Position numbers and translations under genes: made by a program. A stretch of DNA of 33,864 bases. It comes from Nemertoderma westbladi. Lineage: Eukaryota; Animalia; Xenacoelomorpha. The notes under the pieces were generated by a model that saw nothing but the letters and a program-made list of their open reading frames with translations, had not been told where the DNA came from and did no database searches. The DNA lies in contig JAUCBJ010002195.1 of the NCBI GenBank assembly GCA_032718475.1, positions 1-33,864 of the forward strand, in the 5' to 3' direction. Below are positions 9,157-21,742 of the stretch, one piece after another (within the stretch, counting starts at the first letter, position 1; every line of letters starts with the position of its first letter).

Positions 9157-10336
9157 CACGTTAGCTGCGGCTCCGAAACCACTGGTTCTTTCTGTCTTGT
9201 TACTGTGTACTGCGGATTGTGCACCGGTGAACAACCATCTGCTGTTCCATGAATGCGGCAGGACTTGAGGCTTGGCGTTTAGTTAGTGCGGATTGTGCAC
9301 CGGTGAACATTCCTGTGCAGTTCCTCAACTGCGGATTGTGCGCCGGTGCTCAACAAATGACTTTTTGTTAATTACATTTTGCGGGAATGCCTTTGGGCAC
9401 CGGTGCTCAAATTCACAATCATTGCATTTATAAAACAATGGAGAACCACCATAGAAAAAACCGCATCTCAATAGCTCCGTCCAGTCCAGAGATAGTGGTT
9501 TGAATTTCATAAAAATTTTATATATTTTTTATGATTTTACTCTTACAGGGTTAACAATTTTCAAAACTGTACCGGTACCAATAATTAATTATCCCATCAC
9601 ATTAGTAAAGTTATTAAACATAACTTATTACCTTTGGCCACTTTCGTAATTTTCAGGGGGTAACCCCATAGTAGATAATGTCAGCAGTTTAACGACCCAA
9701 CCACCCCCCCCCCCCCCCCCCCCCATAAATTATTTTGGGTTTAAAAACATTTATTGTAAAACAATATCAAATAACATTGTTATTGTTAGGCCTACAGCAC
9801 ATTTGCTCATGCAATATAAATTAATACATGAAAAGTAAACAAAGACAGTTATTGCTTAACTAACACTGCACTAAATCAAATAGGCCTAATTAGCTACCTA
9901 ATGCTACAGTAGAGCATATTAAAAATCCCGCCATAGTTATATAAGTGGAAATATTGAGCACCGGCGCTCAATCCGCACTGGCACTTGTGTAGTGCGGATT
10001 GTGCACCGGTGCACAAACCCAAAAAAAAATATATGAGTCAAACAAAGGTCACAGATACCGAATATGACAACCCAAAAAAATATATATATGAGTCATACAA
10101 AGGTCACAGATACCGAATATGACAACAGTTGATGTATTTGAACACCGATGCTCAACTTATATGTTATAGCCTCCACACTACGGGCTAACCAAGCCAAAAT
10201 AGCTCCGCACTATAGGGTTGCACAGGTCATGTTCACCGGTGCTCAATCCGCAGTAAGAAGTTGTCAGGGAGTAAAACCTGCCGCAGTAAAGTTAAAACAC
10301 GAATTGTGCACCGGTGCTCAATCCTCAGCTGACGTG
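9157..10336. mobile_element. piggyBac-like non-autonomous element, 1180 bp
   Basis: TTAA at 9153-9156 and 10337-10340. TIR CACGTTAGCTGCGG vs CACGTCAGCTGAGG (12/14). Many GCGGATTGTGCACCGGTG(C/A) repeats in both orientations, plus an internal ~57-bp tandem duplication at ~10021-10126. Confidence 0.88.
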
Positions 10337-12155
10337 TTAACTAAACTTGGGCTTCGAGCAGCACGAGACCATTTGAATTTGAATTGATATATTTTTGGCG
10401 GTTAATGCTAATTACAGAATTATAAATATATTAATTACCATTACAAACTGTACACAGTGTGCTGCAGTATGTACGTGGGTACGTACTAAAAGGTCAATGG
10501 TCAAGGAGCTAGAGCAGTAGACTTCATACTGTCATACTGTAAACTTCTTACTGTCTGACTGTAGTGTACAGACATATTATCTTATTTAGGTCTACTAAGA
10601 AATATTCCGTGGTACAGCTGTACAGCAGAGAATTGATAGTAAAATATATCGCAGGTAGGCCTACCCTACTGTACTACAGTAATAACAATAGGTGTATAAC
10701 ATATAATGCCTCTGCCTATACCAGTATACTGCTATTCTGACAGTCAGGGAGATCATCAATTTTGGGGTTACCCCAAATTTCGAATTCAGGTAATAGACTG
10801 TCGAAAATTGGGGTTTTTTGTTCAAATTTGAGGTATTTTTAGGCTCATAATATCGAGTGTTGCTGCGACTTAGGGAAACTGTTGGAGCAACTTCTACTTT
10901 TAATATGTTAAAATACAGTAAGGTACAGTCAGCCAGTTCATGTCTTTTGTACAGCCAGATGGGGGCTGGATTCTGCAGTTTTTAAGTGGAAATCCCCGTA
11001 GCTTATCATTGGAATTTTTAAATTTAAACGGGCACTCTCAATAAAATTTGGGCACGGAGATATTAGTATCATTAGAACCGGCTTCAAATTCTACACCTTG
11101 ACGTGCTTGTACAATAAATTTAGAGCTTGTATGAAGAAGTTATTGTAAATAATATAATTAAATCAAAAATCCAGCCAGATGATATTTACCAGCCAGATGG
11201 TGTCCAAACATAACCTCTCTGAGATCAATCAGAGAGCGACGTACTAGTATGTCACTCAAAAGCTCCCTATTGCCAGATGGCTGCCAATTATTTACAGCTC
11301 ACTGGTCTCTACATACATACCAGTACCATTGACACAACAGCAACAGACTAACCAACCAACTAATAGACTATGGAATCCACAGCCCATACTCTGATACTGC
11401 AATACTAGTGGCAAGCCAAGTAGCCTACAACGCCGTGGGGGATATTACCCAGTAAGCTTAGCCTACTATAACAAACTGCAGAACTTTATTTAGCTCAACA
11501 GCTGTAGTTTCTGTCTTATAACCTGTACATATTCTAATTTGTTTATTGTTTTGGTTAGATTCAACCCTTCTGTAACCTGTGTATTTGGTGAAAACCTGGT
11601 ATTCTTCACATGGGGGTAACTGCAAAGTGAAATATAACGGTAGAAAGTCTGGTATTCTTCACATGGGCCGTTATTTGCGTCGAATTTCTCCTGGAGAGGA
11701 ATGCATTTTTATTGCGTCCAGCTCCCCCCCCCCCCTCCCCTATCTGAAATTTTTAAGTTCTGATAATTTTTAAAATTTTTCAGAAATTAAATTGATCTTG
11801 CAGATAAACTATAGATTTTAGAGTAAACATAATTATTCAGTCAGTATGAGATGAGGTGGGACATTTTCTCACACCTCCAAATCCCGCGAAACATATTATA
11901 ATTAATATAATGTAATATTTCCAATACAATTTTATTTATTTGTGTGGAATTAATTTCGCACTACCAAATCGCCAGGGCGACATATTTTCCAGCTTTACAT
12001 CGCAGTGTGACAATATTTCTCAGTATGTCCCTACGCCATGCATTTTACTATGTATGTACAGTACTGCAGTATGTCACCGCGTCATTATTTGGTTGTTCTA
12101 GAAAGTTTGAGTTCATAACTACAAATAATTCCCCACAAATAAATAAAATTAGATT

Positions 12156-12284
12156 CGTCATTGTTCATAATTAGCACATTAAAGCTTTTACGGCCCTCGT
12201 TCTATTATTTCACTCACTGTCGCTAGGGAAACAAAATCACTCGTGCTGTAACGCTATAAAAGTTCTATTTTATGAACAATGACG
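12156..12284. mobile_element. Small foldback/MITE-like element (~130 bp)
   Basis: Perfect 15-bp inverted repeat CGTCATTGTTCATAA / TTATGAACAATGACG with weaker inner symmetry. No clear TSD. Confidence 0.55.
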
Positions 12285-12370
12285 TATATATAGTTAATAT
12301 TATTAAACTATCAACTATACCATCAGACCATGGCATGACCGATGACCGCAATACTCAATTAGCAATTAGA

Positions 12371-12491
12371 TAATATGTAAGGTAAAGTAAGGTTAATTAC
12401 TTTATTAGGTAATATGTAAGGTTAATTACTTTATTGGCTAATATGTTATGTAAGTTTATTACTTTATTATGTAATATGTATAAGGTTAATT
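12371..12491. repeat. ~30-bp minisatellite, about 4 copies
   Basis: TAATATGTAAGGTTAATTACTTTATT repeated with small indels. Confidence 0.8.
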
Positions 12492-13513
12492 GCCATCCAT
12501 GTATTTAGATTATTCAATTATGAATCTTTTCATAAGCCATGTGCCATGCAGCCATGTCACAATGTCTATTGTCTATCAGTAGCAGCCAACTTATGGCTTA
12601 CTTATGAGAGAGGAAAAGTTACATCCAAAGCACAAACAGATAACGCTGCATAATTTCACGCATTTTAAACTTTAACACAAAATCAACTTATTATTACAAC
12701 TTACAAACTTAACATAAGGTTAATTCAGCATCTACAGTTCACAGTTGTAATCCAGGCACAGCACCAAGGGGCGCCTCTATTTCAGTTATACCCAACCTCC
12801 CACAGAGCGGCTACATCACAAGAACACCTGCAAGCATTGCGGCTACATCACAAGAAAGTCTGTCAATCATTTATCAGAGCTGGAGAGGGTTAACTCCTTC
12901 AAATCATACTGAACAAAGCAGCCCGATAACGGAACTGCAATTGGCCAGCCAGTTGATATCCAGACCAGCCAGGTGCAGGCTGGTGTTTCTATGAACTGGC
13001 TGGAAAAAAGTGAGATTTCATCTGGCTGCACAAAACCTCTAACTGGCTGACTGTACCTTACTGAAATATAATGTAAAATAAGAACTTTTATCGATGTGTA
13101 TATTTCACCGATGCAAACATGCTTTTATTGGGGGCGAAAATTGAAATTTGAGGTTAAACCTCAAATTTGAGACAAAACCTCAAATTTCGCCAGTCTTTAC
13201 AACATCACCAGCCTGCCAGCAGTAGGCTTTGCTGCTTAGTGCTTATAGAGCTTGGTTTGAATGGGTGACCAGTGTAACCTGTGACATGACATGTATGCAG
13301 GGTAGGCTTAACCTTACAGCACAGCAACTTACAGTCAATAACTTTATAACTCTGTTAGTGATTGGTGAGAAAAATGTAGAAGACTAGAGAAATTCACTAT
13401 CCTTGCAGCCTTACTGTTGGTAAGAAGAACAGTAGACCAAATCCTCACTGTTGCGAGATTCAAGCTCACACAGCGACAGCTGCACAGTCACAGACTCAGG
13501 AAGACCTACTATA

Positions 13514-14315
13514 TAGGGCTCGATCGGAGTTGGGATTTGGCCGGAGCCGGAGCCGGAGTTGGACAATTTGGCCGGAGCCGGAGCAGGAGTTTTTCAAAAA
13601 TTTTAAAAATTTAATTATTTATTTAAAAAAAAATAAAGTATGGTTATCATTCACCAATCGCTCATAATCAATCATACTGTAGGTCTAATTAATTTCATAA
13701 TTTATAGATTTACGAATTTTCAATTTAAAATTTAAGTAATTAATTTATCATGGACAGACGGCCTGACGCTGACGGCGACGGCCTGATCAGCTGATGCTGA
13801 CGGCGACGGCCTGACGCTGACGGCTAAAAATTACCTACAGTACCTACCTCGCTAACTTTCTAACTGTGGTAGAGGTGTGTACTGTAGGTAGCCTACCGTA
13901 CGTGTACCAGTACTGCAGTACAGTACTGCAGTATGCTGGCATGACAGCAGTAAATGGCTGCAGTGGTAGGCCTACAGTCTGACAGTGTACAATCATAGCA
14001 TTTACAATTTTTTAAAGTAGGGCCTATCTGTAATAGTCTGCTAGTCAGCCAGCTGGCCAGTACCAGTACTGCAGTACAGTCAGTCAGTCATTGACTTTAA
14101 GTAAATACTGCAGTATTATCAGATTATACTTGATATTGAAGCTGTACTACAGTACTTATAGTGTTAAATAATTGTTCAGATTAGAATATGCACGAAATAT
14201 AATACTTTATTAAAAAATTAACTCCGGCAATATTTTTACCGGAGCCGGAGCAGGAGCCGGAGGTGCCAAAATGGCCGGAGCCGGAGCCGGAGGCCGGAGC
14301 TCCGATCGAGCCCTA
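13514..14315. mobile_element. hAT non-autonomous element (MITE), 802 bp
   Basis: Perfect 16-bp TIR TAGGGCTCGATCGGAG and perfect 8-bp TSD CTACTATA (13506-13513, 14316-14323). Subterminal GCCGGA repeats at both ends, and a GACGGC/CTGACG minisatellite at ~13757-13824. Confidence 0.95.
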
Positions 14316-14607
14316 CTACTATATCTTGTAGATGTTGAATCAATTCCAGAATTTGGAAGTTTACATATTCTGGCATTCATCTGTTCTGTTCATCATTCAT
14401 ATCACACATCTTCGGGAAAAAAATACGTTTTCTGGTTGTTGATGTCCTCTTTAAAACTTTGTATATCAAATGAAGCCATTCCTCTCCTGACAGCCTGAAG
14501 ACTTATGTAATATTCGCCTGCCCTAGCTAGGATGGCTAAAACGTCTGTCCTTATCTGATCTGATCTGATCTGACGGTATCTGATACTTGTTCCACCTTGG
14601 TTCAGAG

Positions 14608-14895
14608 CGCACCTTGGTGTAGTGGTTATATTGAATTCACATCTCTCGGAGGTTGTGGGTTCAACCCCGGCATGGGGCCAAGGTAGTTTTCGTTTCGACA
14701 CGAATGTTTTGAAGGGTTTAGCGAGGAATCTCTGCCTTGCATCCTTAAATGGTAGCTAAATGAGTACTGGACTTTCTGCCTATGTCAGCATGTAAAGTTT
14801 CCCCGGTATTCCCCTTAAACCCGGGGGGGTCAATATAATACCTCCCGCTCTGAAACTAACGATACTAACTATAAAGACTAACTGAAACGAACTAA
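14608..14895 (+). mobile_element. tRNA-derived SINE
   Basis: A box TGGTGTAGTGG (14615-14625) and B box GGTTCAACCCC (14658-14668), then a non-tRNA body containing AGCTAAATGAGTAC (reminiscent of Nin/Deu SINE domains) and an ACTA-rich tail. The 3' end is approximate. Confidence 0.7.
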
Positions 14896-15145
14896 AAGGA
14901 ATTCAAATAAATTAGCTAGAAATTTTAAATTTGTTTTTAGCGGATGGTGCCAATGTGAAGAATACCAGGATTTCATTTTTCGGTCGATTTTTTATTGGTC
15001 GATATTTTTTATTAAATTTATCTTTATTAAGTGTTTTATGCGCGTGTGCGATGTCCTTTATTTTTTGAGGGGGGTGATCTATTGATCAGTCAGTCTGGAC
15101 GGTTAGTAAGAAGGTGGGTGTAAACAAGCCGCCGCGGTGACATAT

Positions 15146-15318
15146 TCTCCTTTCCCTCAATTGGTAGGTAACAAAATCGTTTATTGTTTTGGTTAGAAAA
15201 CCCTGTCTTGGTAACCTGCTCCTTTCCCTCAATTTGTAGGTAACAACGTCGTTTATTGTTTTGGTTAGAAATTACAGCTCTTTTCCTTCAATTGGAAGGT
15301 AATAACAGTGTTTATTAA
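15146..15318. repeat. ~60-72-bp tandem unit (about 2.5 copies); single units also at ~11540-11580, ~18442-18493 and ~20764-20851
   Basis: Consensus CTCCTTTCCCTCAATTGG...GTTTATTGTTTTGGTTAGA...GTAACCTG. Confidence 0.8.
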
Positions 15319-16280
15319 TTCTCACATTCCCATCCACCTTCCCATATTCTTTCATCGTCTGGGTGTAAACTCCACTTTATCTGCTGGCAATATGGGGCAT
15401 GTTAAGTGTTTCGTCATATACACAAGTACACAGTAGGCCTAGAGAGATACCCCTTCCTGCCTTCCCTTTAGCTGTTTAGCGTAACAAACAAACAATAAAT
15501 ATTTTAAATGTAATATATTAATAAGTATCATTACCGTACTTAATTAATAATATTAATTATAATTAATATAATTAACTTTAACTATTAATAATGATAACTA
15601 TTAACAAGAAAGATTTACGAAAAAAATATTGCAGCAAATGCTGTATTGTTTTTAATAAAAGTTTAATGTTTCAACACCAACTAAATCTACGAAAGTTGTT
15701 TACATCGGAAACTATCCATCTTTGCTGGGACAATCACACAACTTTCATACCCGCCATCCTTCATCCTACTGTATATCGCATTTTTAATATATAATAACAT
15801 GCCTTTGTGCATTAGATGCATACCGGTATGCCTGTACTGCTACTTCATATGATGATACTGATACGTAACAGGCAACCTGAAACGTGATCCCCTATTCAGC
15901 TATTGGCTATTTACCTAACAGACAGTTAGGTAAATATTATATCTCTTTCTCCTGATTGGTTATAGAATCAGATGCTGTCAGATCAGATCAGATCAGATAA
16001 GGACAGACATTTTATTCTACCTCTGCCCTAGCTCTATCTGTCAATTTGAATACTGTACCATCATTCTTCCACAGTTTGGAGCCCATTTCTAGACAAATGT
16101 TGCCGCAAAGGTTGACGTGGTTTATACAATATATGTGGACTTGATTCTTTTGTTAGTTATTCTATACGACTGGAGAAAGTTGGAACCACTACCTACTGCA
16201 GTATACAATAATACATCAATTAAAGTTCAATTTGATAATGTGCTTTAAACTTATATGTAAAGATCTAAACCTGATCCTCC

Positions 16281-16560
16281 ATTACAACTACTACTAGGAT
16301 CGGCATGCTGCCTTGCAGCTGCATTTTTAAGAATGCTGTGCCGGCTTGTCAACAAAATTGCACCGCCACAACTCCCTATCACCCATGACATTTGCTAGAT
16401 CATCCGCATCTTCAAGGCCAGTGCCCTTTAAGATGCGTCTCAAGAAAGTCATGGGCTGTCCACCATGCTTATTCACTCCATGAGGCTGCCAAAGTACAAG
16501 ATTATGCACTGGCTGGTCCTCACGGCGAAAGCAATGTCCTGCAAAGCGGATATTGCCGTG
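16281..16560 (-). mobile_element. RTE/RTEX-clade LINE, 5'-truncated 3' end
   Basis: RFAGHCFRREDQPVHNLVLWQPHG...GGQPMTF...TGLEDADDLANVMGDRELWR is the typical RTE-type ORF C-terminus. A short 3' UTR and (TAG)n tail follow. Second copy at ~20449-20745. Confidence 0.8.
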
Positions 16561-16926
16561 TGTCAAGCTTGGGGGAACCAATGAGACACCTCCAATGTTA
16601 TATAGTGTATAAGACTGAGTGGTCCACAGCACCAATTACCATACTACTTTAGGATGAATTTATACTTATTAGTAACTGTTTGTTTATACTATACATACAT
16701 ACATCCTTTTAATTTGACCTTATGAGGAACCAGAATCATTTATAACTTGGGCAAAAAGTATAACCTTTTTCACTAACCTATTCTCGAGGCTTATCTCATC
16801 TCTGGAGTACACCTTGCAGGCACTAAAGGATTTTGCTCAAATTTCGATCAAAATTTTGATCAACACATTCAATGAGATTTTAGAAATTCCACCAAAAATA
16901 TTTTGGCACTTGTGTCAAATCAAATA

Positions 16927-18351
16927 CAGTTAGGTACAATGGCCAAATCTGGCAACCTCAAAAGTTGCCACATATGGCAATGTTTATTGCCAAATCTGGC
17001 AACTTTTGGTTTTTCTAATTTTCGCACGCCCAGAAGCAAAATCGCATTTTGGTAAATAGGTAAGTGAAAAGAGCGCGAAATTTAAATATAATTCACCGTA
17101 TAAGAAAAAAAATCATCGTCTGAATTTCTCTTAGCAATAGGCCGAAATGTGCCTAAAATAATTATTGCCATTTTTGGCAACCATTAGAATTAAAGAAAAA
17201 TAATGGTTGCCATTTTTGGCAACAATTATCAATTATCATTGTGCAGCCATGTCAGTAACTCTGTCATTGTAAAGTACTTCAAAATTGCTTACTGCTTCTT
17301 ACACTTGTCGAGTTGTGATGATTTATAAACAAAACATTAGTTGATGAAATGTCAGAATGTATTTGACTGTTTGATATGTTTTTAATATGTTAATGGAAAG
17401 ATGAATGAGTCTGTAACAGATACCGTACTGGTAGACTGGTATATGGTATAGGCAGATAGGCATACACAAAACTAAAGAATCACATGCTTCAAAGGCTGAA
17501 GTGGAAATAAACATAATAATATTTGACAACGTCAGAACGTGAACATCACCAAAAGGAAGCAAGAAGGCAAGGGGGTATTAAAGTTTGAGAAACGGCGTGA
17601 CAGACAGACAGAAGAAAAATAGTGTCAAAATTTAGAAAGACTGAGAAAACCAAAACGCGTGTTAAGGGATTCAACCAAATTGTTTCTAGTAGGCCCTAAT
17701 GAAAAACGGGATGAAATTATTTTCATTATATGTTTGTATGTTATGTTATGTACTGATGTAGGAATGGAAAGATAGATATACTGAACTGATATAAGAGTGA
17801 AGGATGATTTAGATTGCTGGGCAATTGTATCAGCATTACACAGTTATAATCTTTAACTACTAAACTATTATTGGTACAAACAACAATCAACCACCTCCCC
17901 AAGTGCCAAGCAGCGCCAGAGATTACTAGCAAAAATAAACTATCACCAGTCAGTCTGTGTTTGTGTTATTGACTCTCATTCTCACCTCATTTATTAGGAT
18001 ATATTGCTGTATTGGTTAGAACTTAGAATATGCCACTACCGGTCTGGTATAAGATAAGTATAACCTGTAACCTGGCCCTATCCCTTTTTTCTAGGCCTAA
18101 CATTAACATTTCAGGATCTAAGGAATGACCATACTGCCATCAGGCCATAGAAGGACTTAATGACGCAGAACCATATCCCATATAGCCTAAGCCATACAGC
18201 CATATTCAATGAGTTAGTTCAGTTGCCAAATATGGCAACAACGGTTTTATATAGTTGCCAAATCAGGCAATCAGAAATGTTGCCAGATTTTGCTTGGTTG
18301 CCAAATATGGCAATCACAATCATTGCCAGATTTGGCCATTGTACCTAACTG
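16927..18351. mobile_element. Non-autonomous TIR element C (CAGT ends, 5-bp TSD AAATA)
   Basis: Perfect 29-bp TIR CAGTTAGGTACAATGGCCAAATCTGGCAA. AAATA at 16922-16926 and 18352-18356. Multiple TTGCCA-N4-TGGCAA palindromes near both ends. Confidence 0.95.
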
Positions 18352-19819
18352 AAATAGGTGACCTTCCAGCCCTCCTGCTAATCCTAAAACCACCAGCTAA
18401 TCCTGAAATTTAATGCAGGTGATATCAATATTCCCAACTGTTGTTTATTGTTTTTTGGTTACTTTCAACTCACCTCTGTAACCTGCTCCTTTGCTAACCC
18501 TGTAACCGGGCACTAGCAGACTAGTGAAAGTGACTTTAGTTTGGGTGATTTCAGGATTGGCAGATTAGGAGCTAGGACAGTAGGAGGGTTCCCTTTTTGA
18601 CACAAGTGCCAATGTTTTATTTTACTTTTTTTACCGGGAGAAAAAGTAAAATCAATGCAAAATTATGGCTCTACATGGTACATTATTATGTGGCAATATT
18701 ATTGCAGGTTGCTGTGTTGCCGACTTCAGGACTTTCTGACTTTGCAAAAGCTGTGCCCAACAAAAAGTTACAATATTCAGATATTATGGGGACAACTTTT
18801 CCCTACCATTAGGGGAAAAAAGTAGGCCTACTACTTTCTCTCCCGATTTTAGGGCATATTCAAGCAAAAAAGTAACAATATAAAAATATAAGTTCTTTAA
18901 GCTCTGTACTTCGTTTTATATGTCTACCATCTGATCATACCCATACCACCCCACTGCACCCCTACCAGTAAGTAGCCTTTTTAAGTACCGGTATAAGCCT
19001 TTTTAAACTAATACTGAATATGTTTTAAATATTATATTTCACAACACTCAGACAGTCAGACACTAGGCCTTCATACATCAGTTTATTTTTTTTACCTTTG
19101 CAATACAGTAACAAGCAAACAACTACTGAACTAGGCCAACTATGACCTCTGTCTATCTGTCTATATCTGACTATGCTGCTATGATGAAATTCAAATTTGG
19201 GGTAAAACTCAAATTTAGAGAATTAACCTAACCTTGTATTAAATTTGAGGTTTTTCCAAAATTGGGTCTATAATTTGAAATTTGAGGTATTCTCAAATTT
19301 GATGATCTCCCTGACTGTCTGATATTTGTCTATGACACGATATAATATGATAAAATATTATTATGAATGAACATTCTTATTCTTAGTAACTCGTGACAAA
19401 ATACAATGCGCTACTATACTAACAGACTAACCCAGAAACTGTAATCCTAAACTGCTAAATGTGGAATTTAAACCGAAACAGGGAATAGTACAATGTGGAC
19501 TTTGTAGTGACACATTTGGCAGTCAGTGCGATATAATTTCTCATGTACAAGCAAATCACGGTATTACATGTTCAGTACAAACGGTAATTCGGTTATTCAA
19601 CAATTAACAAACGGTTATTCAACTGTTCAACGTCCATTTTTAGTTATTAGCTATACGGTAATACAAATTACGCAAAGTGAACCTTTAGGCCTACTACATT
19701 CACAATTTTCTATTCATTCACTAAATATAACGAAAATTGAACGTTCATTTAATCCATGCACCATGGTACGTTCAGTCAACTATATTTGCTACCTGCAGAC
19801 CTGGGTTACTCTATTCATA

Positions 19820-21742
19820 CAGTCGGTGAGAAGTCAAAAATTGGACTTCAAGTCCAATTTTAGACTTCAAGTCCAATTTTGGACTCCAAAGTCCAATATT
19901 GGACTTTAGTACAACTCCAAGTGTACCCAAGCTGCCATACTGTATATCGGTATTTAAATCAAAACTGCATCCCGTATCAGTACATATATATTACAGTATT
20001 AGCCTACATAATTACAATGCAACATTATTTTAATGATCAAATTAATTATTATATGTATTATAAACAGAGATCGCACACGTACACTCAGACATTAGTAGCT
20101 ACTTTTTGCGGTAGTGGTATAGCTTTGCGGTAGCCTTACTGCCTTAGCGGTGTATACCGCGGTAGCGTAGTTGAGTTATAGTTGTATAGTTCATTCATAC
20201 CCATACTGCCATACCTGTGGTATTTTCGTATGGCTGTATGGCAAAAATAAGACTACTGTAAACTGTAACCTATTATGTTATTGAGTTAATGTTTATTGAC
20301 TAATTGTTTTGATTAGGTTCACTGTGTCAAGTACAATGCACACATCTCTGCATCTCCAACCAGACACTATATAACTTTGGAGTTGGAGGTGTCTGTCTCA
20401 TTCAGTCATTGGTTCCCCCAAGCTTGAACTAGAACAAAGCCGCCTCCACTTTGTAGGACATCGCTTTAAGCCATGAGGACCAGCAGGTGCACCTCATGGA
20501 GTGAATAAGCATGGTGGACAGCCCATTCTTGAGACACATCTGTCTTAAAGGACACTGGCCTTGAAGATGCGGATGATCTAGCAAATGTCATGGGTGATAA
20601 GGCTGTCAGGCTGTAAGAGTGTAAGGGAGTTGTGGAGGCGCACTTTTGTCAACAAGCCGGCACAGCATTCTTAATACATAATAGGGCCTATACTGCTATA
20701 TATATAATGCAGCTGCAATGAATCATGCCGATTGTAGTAGTAGTATGTGGTGAGGTTATAGGGCTCCTTCAATTGGTTAAGTCAAAAGTGGCCGTTTATT
20801 GTTTTAGTTAGAAAAGCCTGCCTCTGTAACCTGTTCCTTTCCCTCAATTGGTTTATGATTATGACGTCTGTTACTTGTTACTTCTGTACTTATTATGTGG
20901 AGACCCCAACGCGTTAATCAGTTACTAATCCCATTTCATTATCCTGTTATCCAGCTGTTTTATAATACCCTTCCTGTTGTATGGAAAAATTAGAAGAGAT
21001 GGTGGTAGCATCAACTTGTAGTATTTCTTTCTGATAGGGCTCCCATAGCCTTAGACGAAATCGTAGCTTGTACTGTAGTTAGCCTTAGCAGCAGCTGCAG
21101 TTGGCTAACCTGGCATTGCTACCAGTATCCACGAAATATAATTTGTAATTAAATATTTGTTGGAGCATAATCTAATCTAGTCCTAAAGACACTATAAAGT
21201 CCTGGGTACATAAGGCTGTAAGGTTAGACATAACATGAATGTAAATTGTGAACTAAACAATATGTTAAAAGTAAAGTACAAAGTACCTAGAATGCTAGAA
21301 TGTACCATTATATTCTAAGTACAGTACAGTCAGTACACTGAAGATACATACAGAGCTGCAAAGGTAACTTTCCATAACTTAACACTTTAACAGCTGTCTG
21401 GCTGTCTCTCATCTGTCATGATTCATGTACCTTTAAGTTCGATTCTCAATGTCACGTCCAAAATTGGACTTAAAGTCCAATATTGGACTTTTGTAAAAAT
21501 TCAAAGCCTTATAAAAAAAGTTCCCCCTGGTGAATTTCAGGTCCCCCTGTTCAAAACTCTTATTTTTTGATATATTTTCGATTAAAGAAAAAAAATCCCG
21601 CCCGATCCTATTACCCAAGGCCCTGGAACAATTGGCTGATTTGAAGTCCAATATTGGACTCACAGAAGTCCAATTTTGGACTTGAACTGGAGTCGAAGTC
21701 CAATTTTGGACTCAAGTCCAATTTTTGACTTCTCACCGACTG
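19820..21742. mobile_element. Non-autonomous TIR element D (CAGT ends, 5-bp TSD TCATA)
   Basis: Perfect 29-bp TIR CAGTCGGTGAGAAGTCAAAAATTGGACTT. TCATA at 19815-19819 and 21743-21747. Arrays of AGTCCAA-N3-4-TTGGACT palindromes near both ends. Confidence 0.95.
20449..20745 (+). mobile_element. RTE/RTEX LINE 3' fragment, second and more decayed copy
   Basis: Reverse-complement match to 16281-16550 (e.g. CTGGCCTTGAAGATGCGGATGATCTAGCAAATGTCATGGGTGATA); ends in GTAGTAGTAGTA. Confidence 0.85.

Larger units (their letters stand above)
10916..13063. mobile_element. Non-autonomous TIR element B (CAGT ends, 5-bp TSD AAATA)
   Basis: Perfect 23-bp TIR CAGTAAGGTACAGTCAGCCAGTT. AAATA at 10911-10915 and 13064-13068. 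CAGCCAGATG repeats internally. Confidence 0.92.
14529..16022. mobile_element. MULE-like non-autonomous element (~1.5 kb)
   Basis: ~56-bp imperfect TIRs (AGG...TAAAA(C/T)GTCTGTCCTTATCTGATCTGATCTGATCTGAC...ATCTGAT). Flanking direct repeat CTGCCCTAGCT (14518-14528, 16023-16033), which is a 9-11 bp TSD depending on where the ends are placed. Confidence 0.8.
10741..19317. mobile_element. Non-autonomous TIR element A (CAGT ends, 5-bp TSD TCTGA), hosting further insertions
   Basis: Perfect 19-bp TIR CAGTCAGGGAGATCATCAA, imperfect to ~45 bp. TCTGA at 10736-10740 and 19318-19322. AAATTTGAGGT-type repeats at ~10760-10835, ~13140-13190 and ~19190-19300. Confidence 0.85.

Noticed and set aside
14608-14680. 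Functional tRNA gene
   Set aside because: A and B boxes are present, but the acceptor and anticodon stems pair poorly and the sequence runs into a SINE-like body.
10916-21742. Tc1/mariner assignment for the CAGT-ended elements
   Set aside because: The left flanks of B, C and D end in TA, but no right flank starts with TA. All four show 5-bp direct repeats instead.
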